DNA of 64,000 bases from a virus, in the IMG/VR virus record IMGVR_UViG_3300044691_000429, positions 29,142 through 93,141 of that record. The stretch is one strand, 5' to 3'. Shown here piece by piece: positions 55,310 to 64,000 of this stretch (within the stretch, counting starts at the first letter, position 1; every line of letters starts with the position of its first letter). The notes below the pieces were generated by a model that saw only the letters and a program-made list of their open reading frames with translations, had not been told where the DNA came from and did not search any database. Position numbers and translations under genes: made by a program.

Positions 55310-56718
55310 TCAGTGGGGGTGGTGCCGGAGGTGCTCGCTGTGGCGCTGCCGGAGCCAGGTGGTCCCGGCGGTGCAGGCGCAGACCTCGGCGGGGAACCCG
55401 TAGTCGGCCAGGGCGCAGTACGCGGCGTGCTCCGGGGTCGGGCCGGTGGGGATGAGGCGGGCGCCCCAGCCCTCCGCGTACAGCCCCGGCCCGGCGGCGA
55501 CCACCATTGCGTCGTCCGCGGTCGCCCAGTCCAGATCCGGCAGCAGCGCGGTCATCTCGCACCCGCCAGTTCCCCGGCGCCGACGGTGCGGAGTTCGGTG
55601 GTCGTCTCGTTGTCCGGCCAGACGGGCAGCGGGTGCTCCCCGGTGACCTCCGTGTAGATCGGCGACGGGGTGTGGCGGGCTTCGACATACGGCCCGGCGA
55701 TCCGCTCCAGCTCGCGGACCTTGCGGTTCGCGTCGTTGAGCGCCGCCCCGAGGCGCTGGTTCGCGGCTGCGGCGGCGTTGGCCCGGGCGTGCTCCGTCTC
55801 CCAGTTGTCGTGGAACCAGTCGTGCCGGACCGCGAGTTCGGCGATCATGTCGTCGGCCATTGCGAGCCGCTTGTCGCGGTCGGCCACCTGCGCGCCGAGC
55901 CGGATCACGTCCGCGCTCAGCGCGCACAGTTCCCGGCTGCGGTCCTTGCGGGCTGCGAGGAAGTGGAGTCTCATGCGGCACCGCCCTCGGGCGTGGTCGT
56001 GAGCGCTTTGGCCCACTGCGCACCCGCGTCGTCGATGTGGGCGATGGCGATGTGCGGGCGGGTGACGAACGCGGCGGTGAGGGCGAGCGTCGCGTGGACC
56101 TGCGCTTCGGCCGTCAGCGCGTCGGCGATCCGGTGGCGCTCGGCGTCGTCCTGCCAGTCGCCGTTCTCAGTGATGCGGTGCTTCAGCGCTCCGGTGAGCA
56201 GCTGCTCGGCTTCGCGGTAGTGCTCGGGTCCGGTCATCGGGTCCCCCTGGTGGTGGTCTGGTCTGTGTCGATGCCGAGTGCGTCGAGGAGTTTGAGCAGG
56301 TCGGCGCATGCGCGGCGGTCGTAGGCGACGGAGCGTCCGGCGCTGACCGGGTCGGTGTCGTCCAGCGGGTGCGGGTACTTCGCGGCGACGTGGTCGGCGA
56401 CCCGGATGGCGGCCGCGCGTTCCTCGGTGTGGCTGCTGCGGCTGCTGGCCCGGGTGGTGACCACGTCGGGGTCGAGGTTCACGACGCCCCCTTGGCCACG
56501 TAGTACTGACCGCCGGGCCGGTTGTGCTGGTCGAGCAGGCCCATCCGGTGCAGGCGTCGCAGGTCCGCGGCGTGCGTGGTGCCCTTGGGGGCGTCGTAGC
56601 CGTGGTCGCGGTAGGTCCGGCCTACGCGGGCCGGTCCCCACTCGCCGCTGTCCGGGGTGATCTCGCCGCGCAGGAACGCCAGGCGCGGCGGGAGGGCGGT
56701 GGTGGTCGTGGCGCTCAT
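55310..56718 (-). CDS. Five small ORFs (55310-55555, 55552-55974, 55971-56237, 56234-56482, 56479-56718)
   Basis: Coupled overlaps; one coiled coil, one wHTH-like. Confidence 0.6.
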
Positions 56719-57260
56719 CGCTGACCACCAGCCGGGGTGAGCTTCGAGGCCCAGACGTGCAGCTCGTGGAAGTCGTCGTCCACGAGACCGAGGCGCGGGT
56801 CGACGTGGTGGAGCAGCGCGGGCCCGGCGTGGTGGGCGGCGACGTAGGCCCGGTCTTTTTCGCCCATCTCGTCATCGACCCAGGCGAACGGGCGGCCGTC
56901 GGCGTACTCGACGAGCTGGTGGGTCTTCCAGTAGGTGTCGTCTTCCATCCGGTCGGACACCGGGCGGCGTTCCAGGTCCCAGTCCACGAACGGCAGCTCG
57001 GGCAGGCCGATGTGCGGGCTGATCCACTCGTTGGCCTCGGCCGCCCACGTCGTGCCCCACACCAGCTCGAACGGCAGCGCGATCAGGTAGGAGCCGTGCG
57101 CCGGGTTGAGCCACACCCGAAGCGGCTTCTGCCAGGGCTGCTCCCAGCCGGACGGGCGCATCCGGTGCGTCACATAGCCCTCGGGGCGGCGGCTGGGCTT
57201 GGCGGCGTAGGGGTTGAGGGGGCCGTCCACGTCGAGGAACAGCAGGGGTCGGGCGTTCAC
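56715..57260 (-). CDS. HAD-superfamily phosphatase (Swiss-army-knife RNA-repair type)
   Basis: LFLDVDGPLN, WGTTW, WK, FAWVDD, GL. Confidence 0.85.
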   Translation of the reverse strand: MNARPLLFLDVDGPLNPYAAKPSRRPEGYVTHRMRPSGWEQPWQKPLRVWLNPAHGSYLIALPFELVWGTTWAAEANEWISPHIGLPELPFVDWDLERRPVSDRMEDDTYWKTHQLVEYADGRPFAWVDDEMGEKDRAYVAAHHAGPALLHHVDPRLGLVDDDFHELHVWASKLTPAGGQR

Positions 57261-60200
57261 TGGTCGTCTCCGTTCGGTCCGTGGTCGTCGTCCCGCATGC
57301 GGCAGTAGCGGGTGCAGTAGGTGATGCGGTTGGAGGGGAGCGGGTAGCCGCAGTACTCGCAGTCGTTCGGGAGCGGGGCGGGCTGGCAGCGGGCGAGGTA
57401 GCGGCCGATTGCGAAGCCGAGCCCGACCTCGGCCACGAACGCGGCGGCGATGCAGCCAAGGACCCACAGGGCGGCGGTCACGACCCCTCCCCCGGCGCCT
57501 CGGCGGCTTCGATGCGGGCGGCCCACTGCTCGGGCGTCTCCGTGTGGCCGTCGTGGATGGTGCGGGCGAAGTCGGCGGCCTCGTCCGGCTCCTGGGTCAG
57601 CGGTGCGGCACCGGTCAGCCGGCGCAGGCCCGGGATATGGGCGGAGCACAGGGCCAGTCCGGCGAGGACCAGCGCGACGGGCAGCGCGATCACCGGCAGG
57701 AGCGTCAGCACGGGGTGCCCCCGGTCGGGGGCTTGGGGTACGGCTTCGGCTGCGGCCTGATCGTCGGGAGCCAGGGGGCGCGGATCACGAGGGATCACCG
57801 GCCTCGGTGGGCCACGCGATGGGCAGGCCCAACTGCTCGGCCAAGACCCGGCGGGCTTCCGCATGCCCCTGCCAGCGGTTGTAGTCAGCCGAGTCGTCCG
57901 GGTGGCAGTTGCGGATCGCGGTGATGACCTCGGCTCGCTGCGCGACGAACGCGGCGACCTTCTCGACCCCCGTCTCCAGCTCGGCGACGCGGCCCCGGAG
58001 GGTGATCAGTTCGGCTGCGGTCCGGTCCTGGTGCTGCTGCGCGTCGTGCTCCGGGGTGAACACCTCGTTGCCGTGCTCGGTGGCGGCGGCGCACGGCCAT
58101 GCGGACGTCCAGCCCTCACCCCAGCACACCGAGCACACCCAGGCTTTCGGGGTGCACGTGTCCATGAACACCGGCACGTGGAACCGGGGCGGCAGTGCCG
58201 TCAGCTCCTCCGCGGACATGCCCGCGAGCAACTCGTAGCCCGGGTGATCCGGCGCCCCCAGCAACACGGCACGCTGCGCGCACCCGTCGTGTTCCACGCG
58301 TTCCAGGTGCTCCACCCGGTCCTTGCAGGCGCCGCACGCCGACGGGTCCGCGTTCTGGCCACGCTCGGCCACGGCGCGGGCGCGCTGCTCAGCCCAGAAG
58401 GCGTCGTCCTCGGTCGGGGCGGTCATGAGGCCACCGCCTCAGCCGGCGCGGCCTTCATGGCGTCGTACTGCGAGATGCCCCAGACGGCGGAGTTGCAGGC
58501 CCACAGGTAGTGGTAGGTGAGGGAGCGGACGTTCCACTCTTCGAAGCCGTCGAAGTCGAACCCGGCGGTCTGGCGGATGCTGACCTTGTGGCCGTCGCCC
58601 TTGTCCTTGTGGACCAGGACGTTCCAGCAGACGGCGGAACTCCGCGAGTCGTGGTCTTCGCTGGCCCCGCAGGAGCATTCGGTGCGGTAGGTGGCGCCGT
58701 GTTCGAACTCGCTGACCAGGCGAAGCGCGTTCTGCTGGTCGTCCAGCCAACCGCTGTCGAGGATCTCCTCGCGGACTGCGGCGCGCAGGCCCTTGGGGGC
58801 CCACTTGTCCCGGACGGCCTCGGCGACGCGCTCCTTGACCTCCTTCTCCAGGAGGCTCCGGTCGTACTCGGTGACGGAGTCGCGGCCGTTGACGAGCTTG
58901 CTGGCCCACGAAGACGGGTTGACGCGGCTGCCGCGCAGCCAGTTGAACATGTCCTCGGTGTCGTCGCCGTACCGCTGGAAGTGGAAGGAGCCGTGGCTGC
59001 CAGCGACCAGGAGGTTGTACGGCCAGACGACGAGGATGACGTGGGTGAAGCCCTGCTGCGCGACGAACTCCACGTGCCGGAACAGGCCGTCCTCGCGGAG
59101 CGCCACGAGCTTGTAGTCCTTGACGTCGTTCTGGAAGTGCCGGGCCGCGTCCTTCTCGGCCTTGGTGCGGTAGTCGGTCATGCGACGGCCTCCTTGGCCT
59201 CGGCGGGGACGGTCCAGGCGCAGACGGCCCAGGGCAGTTCGCGGGCGCCGGGGCACAGGCGCTGCACGACGGGGAAGTGCTCGTGGCCGTTGCGGAGGTG
59301 GCGGACGACCGTGCCGTCCAGGCGAAGGGCCCGCTCCTCCCAGCAGTGGTCGCACCAGCCGCGGGGGCGCGGAGGGAGCGGAAGCACCGGGTAGGCGATG
59401 GCCCAGGTGGGGTGGGTGACCACGGCGCGCTTCGCACCCTGCGGGAGGAGGCGCACGTACTGGCGGTGGCCGCCGAGGATTACGGCGGGCTTCCCCTGGT
59501 ACGTGATCGTGGTGCCCACGAACGCGGGCACGTTGTAGTTGCGGCGGACCCACTTCAGGCTGCGGCTCATGCGGGATCACCGGCCTGCTCGGCGGCGTGC
59601 TGGATGAGTACCCGCCCGCCGTCGGCCACCTCGTCGGTGAACATGGCGTAGGTCTGGAGCGCCCGGTTGATGATGTCGGTCCTGGTGTCGCCGGTGGCCT
59701 CCGCGGCGGCCTTCAGCGCGGCAGATGAGGCGGCCGTGAGGATGACCGTCACGCGCTCGAACTGGGCGCTCATGCCGCCACCTGCGTCCCGGCCTGCGCC
59801 TGGTCGGGGTGGAACACGCGGTGGACGCGCTCGATCAGCAGCACGTACCCGATCTCCTCCAGCGGCGACCACTCGGTGGCCGGGCCGTGCACGTCATCGA
59901 ACTTGCGGTCGGCCTCGGCCAGAGCGTTCTGCTCCAGGTCGGCGAACTCGGCCTCAAGCGGGTCGGGGGCCACCGTCAGCGGCCCGAACCAGCGGGTCAC
60001 GGTCGGCAGCGTCCACGGGAAGGACGGGCCGTCACCCCGGTCGGCGGGGTTCTGCGGGTAGGAGCACGCCAGCAGCTGCTCGCCCGCGCGGTCCACGCCG
60101 TTGGGCCGCCACACCTCGCCCTCGCGGTCGATCCACACGGTGCTCATCGCGCCACCCCCTTGTGGGTGTGGGCGAACGGCGGGTACTCGCGGTGCGCGAT

Positions 60201-60679
60201 GTCCGGGTCGATCGTCAGGAACTCGTGCACCTGATCGATCAGCTCGGGCGACGGGTGGCCGGCCATCAGCCGGGCGTGCAGACGGTCCAGGTCGGCCAGC
60301 ACCTCGCCCACCGGCACGTCCAGGGAGGCGATCGTCGGGGGGGCGGAGGGGGTCATCGGGTGCCGCCCATGTCGCAGGGCTTGATGCCACCGCTGCACGA
60401 GCACAGGCCGTCCCGGGCGATGTAGACGGCCTGACCCCAGTTCAAGGTGTCGGACGCCTTGCCCTGCCGGACGAAGTCCTCGGCGATGGACTCGCGGACC
60501 TTGGCCTCGGTCGAGGCGTTCTCCGCCGTCAGCCGCTCGATCTCGCGGGCCTGCTCGTCCACGCGCCGCTTCAGGTCGGCCGTGTCGAAGGTGTACGCCC
60601 GCTGCACGCGGTCGATCTCGCTGAGCTGCTCGGGTGTCAGGGTCCCGGCCAGTGCGGCCGGGATAGTGTTGGGAGCCAC
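57257..60679 (-). CDS. Series of early ORFs: 57257-57481, 57478-57711, 57785-58426, 58423-59181, 59178-59570, 59567-59773 (RHH-like), 59770-60147, 60144-60356, 60353-60679
   Basis: Coupled overlaps and RBSs; functions mostly unknown. Confidence 0.6.
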
Positions 60680-60767
60680 GTGGCTCCCTCCTTTCGTGAG
60701 CTGTGAGGGTTGCTGCGTAGGGCTGGCCGTCGGTGTGTCAGAGCCCGGCGGCTGGCCCGCATGCCGC

Positions 60768-60992
60768 TTAGGCGGCGGCGGCGCGGGGCTGGGCGTGCAT
60801 CCCGGCACGCTCGTGGGCCTCTACTTCGCCCAGCGGAAACATCAGGTTTCGGCCGCGCTTGAAGCACGGGGGCGCGGTCCCCAGGGACCGCATGTTGTAG
60901 ATCGCCTTCTTCGTGGTCTGCCAGCGATCTGCGAGCTGCGCGACCGTGAGGTGGGGGGACTCAGCGGTCAGGGGCTTCGGGGTGATCATCAC
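60768..60992 (-). CDS. Excisionase / AlpA-like HTH protein
   Basis: LTVAQLADRW......IYNMR..G.AP..FKRGR..MF....VEA. Confidence 0.8.
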   Translation of the reverse strand: MMITPKPLTAESPHLTVAQLADRWQTTKKAIYNMRSLGTAPPCFKRGRNLMFPLGEVEAHERAGMHAQPRAAAA

Positions 60993-61218
60993 GTCCCTCG
61001 TTTTCGGGTTGGGCGATCTCTGCGATCGCGGCCCTGGCTGTTCGTTCTCGGTGGAGGACGAGAGCTATGCGCTTGAGCACGCCAGGGCTGGGGTTGGCTT
61101 GGTCTGTTTCGATCCGGGAGAGCCACGAGACGGAGATGCCTGCCTGATCAGCGAGCTGCGTCAGGTTGAGGCCGCACTCCTCGCGCTTGCGCCGGATCGT
61201 CGTTCCCCGGAACTGCAC
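60961..61218 (-). CDS. Cro-like XRE HTH regulator
   Basis: IRRKRE..GL....LA..AGIS.S.LSRIE....PS...LKRIA..L; divergent from the repressor. Confidence 0.85.
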   Translation of the reverse strand: MQFRGTTIRRKREECGLNLTQLADQAGISVSWLSRIETDQANPSPGVLKRIALVLHRERTARAAIAEIAQPENEGRDDHPEAPDR

Positions 61219-61396
61219 AAGGGAGAGACTAGGAGATATTGAGAGATCTAGCAAGCGAAAGTAGGCGGCAACGAGAGATATTAGGAGATCGCAGGTCAGC
61301 GGCTTGATCATGACTGTCCGGCGCTGCAAACGGCGGGGTAACTTGTTTCCTGTCGTTGCTTCTCGTTGCTTCTGATCACCATGTGGAGACCTGGCT
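61219..61396. promoter_or_regulatory. Lysis/lysogeny switch region
   Basis: AT-richer intergenic region; GAGATATTnnGAGATC at 61233 and 61275; (TCGTTGCTTC)x2 at 61353-61372. Confidence 0.7.
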
Positions 61397-61963
61397 ATGA
61401 CCTCCGACCCCAAGCGGTGGGCGATCCTCGGTCGCGCGCTCCGCGACTCCCGCACTCGCCAGGGACTGAGCGCCGAGCAGCTTGTCGAACGCGCACGGGA
61501 GCAAGGCGGCTCAGTCGCGGGACGCACGATCTACGCGTTCGAGCGCGCAGAGACGACGCCCACTCGGAAGCCGCAGAAGCTGGAACAGGTAGCCGCCGCG
61601 CTCGGCTGGCAACCCGGCTACGTCGACCGCATCCTCGACGGCGAAGATCCGAATAGCGTCCTCGGCCAGCCGGGCACGCCCCCCTCCGCGCCCGACGAGG
61701 GGTCGCCAGCCCGGCAGGCGGCGCTCGAACTACTCCCCGCCGTCTACGAGTTCGGCCGTGCAGCCGAAGCGGCCGGCGGCGACGCCGCCCTCCGCGATGA
61801 GCTTGAGTCCGCAGCCCAGAGCCTCATCGCATCCATCCCGGGTCGAACTATGCCCAATAGGTCGACATATGGGCTTGTCGCCTACGGTCCCCACCGTCCC
61901 GGCGAGCCCGTTCCCGATGACGATGCCGAGCGCATCGAGCGGGCGCTGAAGGACGACCAGTGA
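61397..61963 (+). CDS. CI/ImmR-like immunity repressor (XRE HTH)
   Basis: W..LG..LR..R..QGLS..QL, TI..FER, L..VA.ALGW.PG....IL.G. Confidence 0.8.
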   Translation: MTSDPKRWAILGRALRDSRTRQGLSAEQLVERAREQGGSVAGRTIYAFERAETTPTRKPQKLEQVAAALGWQPGYVDRILDGEDPNSVLGQPGTPPSAPDEGSPARQAALELLPAVYEFGRAAEAAGGDAALRDELESAAQSLIASIPGRTMPNRSTYGLVAYGPHRPGEPVPDDDAERIERALKDDQ

Positions 61964-62169
61964 GGCGTACACCTCTCCCCGCCTGCACGGTGCCCGAGTC
62001 TGCGCGGTCGCCTGCCGCTGGCGAGGGCTGGCTGTCTCCGCATGCCATCAATCGGCCGCATGGGAAACGGGAGGAAAGATTTCTTCACGATTCCTACCCA
62101 CGACCGGCCGCAAGGGGGTAGAACTGTCCATCTCGGACGCTTCCCACGTCAACAACCCATGGGGGGCGT

Positions 62170-62622
62170 ATGTCCGAGTCCGCAGGACGACTGGAAACGC
62201 ACGTCGGACTCCAGTACAACCCCGAGATCACCCTCGACCGGCTCGGGATAGCCGTCGTCCGCATCTGGCTGCGGGACACCTGGGCGGCATGGTCGGCGTC
62301 CAACCGGACCGTAGTCCTCGCTTCGGGGCTGACCCGCATCCAGGAGCGCTGCGTCCTCGCCCACGAGGTTGAGCACATCGCGGGCGGCGACTTCGACTGC
62401 AGCAACAGGCGCCTGTCGATCCGCCAGGAGCGCCGCGCCGACATCGGCGCCGCACGTAGGCTGATCGCCATCTCGGACCTGGCGGAGATCGCTCAGTGGG
62501 CCGACGATGTGTCCACCGCCGCCCTGGAACTGAACGTCACCGAACGCATGTTGCAGGTGCGGCTCAACGACCTGGCGGGAGAGGGGTGGCCGTGGCCGGC
62601 TGGATCGAAGATCGCTGGTTGA
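62170..62622 (+). CDS. ImmA/IrrE-family metallopeptidase
   Basis: L...QERC.LAHEVEH, E..AD..AARRLI, A.EL.V......RL. Confidence 0.88.
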   Translation: MSESAGRLETHVGLQYNPEITLDRLGIAVVRIWLRDTWAAWSASNRTVVLASGLTRIQERCVLAHEVEHIAGGDFDCSNRRLSIRQERRADIGAARRLIAISDLAEIAQWADDVSTAALELNVTERMLQVRLNDLAGEGWPWPAGSKIAG

Positions 62623-63965
62623 AGAAGACCAAGGACCCGGTGACGGGCGAGCGGGAACGCACGGACCTGTGGGGCAGCAAGACGAAGCGGTACCGGGTGT
62701 GCGGGATTCCGGGGGTACGGAAGAAGTCGTTCAAGACGGCGGCCGGAGCGAAGAAATGGCTGAGCGACGCCTCCACGGATGCGAGCCGCGGCAGCTTCTA
62801 CGACCCGCGCCGCGGTGAGATGACGCTACGGAAGTACGTGGAGGAGACGTGGTGGCCGGGCCTGAGCATGCCCCCGACCTCTCTGCAGTCGATGCGGCCG
62901 AGAATCTTCAAACACGTCCTCCCTCATCTGGGCAGCATGTCGCTCAACAGGATCGGGCACGAGGAGATCCGCGCCTGGGAGAAGCGTGCTAGCGAGGACA
63001 TCGACGCGGGCACGCTGGCTGTCGCATGGCAGAACTTCGGCTCCATCATGCAGGCCGCGTTCAAGGCCAAGCGGATTCCCGAGAACCCGTTCCGGGACGA
63101 CGACTTCAAGGCGCCGCAGCCGCCGAAGACGAAGGCGAGGGCGTGGTCGCAGGAGCGGGTGTCCGCCGTGTACCAGGCCATGCTGGAGCGCTACCGGATC
63201 ACCGTCAGTCTCGGCGTGGGCGCCGGCCTGCGACAGGGTGAAGTCCTCGGGTTCTCCCCGGGCGACATCGACGGCGACGTCATCCACGTCACGCGGCAGA
63301 TCATCGTCGTCGGCGGGAAGCTGGCGTTCTCGCCGCCGAAGCGCAACAAGGAGCGGGATGCGCCGTGTCCTCCGGAGTTGGCGGCGGCCGTCAGGGAGTA
63401 CGGGAAGAAGTTCCCGGCGGTCGAGGTCACCCTGCCGTGGGTGGACCCGCTGCGCCCCAACCTGCCCTGGGGGGAGCGCCCGATGCGGACGGTCCGGCTT
63501 CTGGTCACGACGCCCAACAGGACGCCGGTCCACCGGAACATCTACGACGTCAACCACTGGAAACCGTCGCTGGTGCGGGCCGGCGTCATCCCCCCGCCGG
63601 TCACCACGAAGGTGGTGGGCAAGACCGGGAAGATTTGGCGGCGCGTGGAGTGGGAGATGGACCGCGAGGACGGTTTCCACGTCACGCGGCACACGTTCGC
63701 TAGCATCGTGCTGGCCGAAGGTGAGACGATTGGCCAGCTGGCGGCGTGGCTGGGCCATTCCGACCCCGCGTTCACGCTGAGGGTCTACGTGCATTTCCTG
63801 CCGAAATCCGGGCGACACGCCATTCAGGCGCTCGGGCGCTGGGTGACAGCGACCGCCGATGCGGGCTCCCCCGGGGTGGTACCGCCGCAGAAACCCCCTC
63901 AGCACCCCCTTGGTCCGACGATCAGTACGTTCAAAGGGGTTCCGATGCAGGTCAAGAGGCTGTAG
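62592..63965 (+). CDS. int: Tyrosine integrase
   Basis: GLRQGE, FHVTRHTFAS, LGHSD...TL..Y catalytic residues; N-terminal arm-binding region. Confidence 0.95.
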   Translation: MAGWIEDRWLKKTKDPVTGERERTDLWGSKTKRYRVCGIPGVRKKSFKTAAGAKKWLSDASTDASRGSFYDPRRGEMTLRKYVEETWWPGLSMPPTSLQSMRPRIFKHVLPHLGSMSLNRIGHEEIRAWEKRASEDIDAGTLAVAWQNFGSIMQAAFKAKRIPENPFRDDDFKAPQPPKTKARAWSQERVSAVYQAMLERYRITVSLGVGAGLRQGEVLGFSPGDIDGDVIHVTRQIIVVGGKLAFSPPKRNKERDAPCPPELAAAVREYGKKFPAVEVTLPWVDPLRPNLPWGERPMRTVRLLVTTPNRTPVHRNIYDVNHWKPSLVRAGVIPPPVTTKVVGKTGKIWRRVEWEMDREDGFHVTRHTFASIVLAEGETIGQLAAWLGHSDPAFTLRVYVHFLPKSGRHAIQALGRWVTATADAGSPGVVPPQKPPQHPLGPTISTFKGVPMQVKRL

Positions 63966-64000
63966 CGGTCATCTCGTTGTAGTACTGCATGTTGAGCCAC
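63952..64000 (-). other. Probable att junction; fragment of a host GH18-chitinase-like gene
   Basis: Minus strand reads WLNMQYYN then EMTATAS-stop; near-palindrome TGTAGTACTGCA; immediately downstream of int. Confidence 0.55.

Larger units (their letters stand above)
1..63975. mobile_element. Temperate siphovirus-like prophage (right part; head/packaging genes lie left of the window)
   Basis: Tail, tape measure, lysis, replication, recombination, immunity and integrase genes in lambdoid-like order with tight ATGA/TGATG gene overlaps; probable att junction at the right end. Confidence 0.93.

Noticed and set aside
1-64000. tRNA, rRNA, CRISPR array, reverse transcriptase/DGR or IS transposase
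   Set aside because: No recognisable signatures were seen by eye; tRNAscan/Infernal would be needed to exclude small RNAs.

Overview
High-GC (roughly 70%) actinobacterial sequence, most like Streptomycetaceae. It is the right-hand ~64 kb of a temperate siphovirus-type prophage; terminase, portal and capsid genes are not in the window. Layout, left to right: (i) + strand late genes, 1-18057: head-tail, tail tube, frameshifted tail chaperone, tape measure, minor tail, lysis cassette, tailspike. (ii) A - strand operon, ~29008 to 18095, resembling the transfer region of Streptomyces conjugative plasmids/AICEs: Xis-like HTH, small Spd-like membrane proteins, SpdB-like protein, TraB-like FtsK translocase and an 11-bp-phased clt-like repeat array. 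It sits next to a GntR/Kor-like repressor with palindromic operators. (iii) A + strand accessory block, 30101-36040, including a second initiator-like gene with internal iterons. (iv) A long - strand early operon, 61218 to 36041: Cro, Xis, RecE/Sak4 recombination, BRO, DNA methylase, initiator/loader/helicase and many small ORFs. (v) Repressor, ImmA-like protease and tyrosine integrase, ending at a probable att junction whose last bases encode WLNMQYYN, a GH18-chitinase-like motif. The main candidate novelty is a tailed prophage carrying an apparently complete TraB-clt-Spd-Kor conjugation system with no integrase of its own. All family assignments come from motif recognition by eye; no searches were run.
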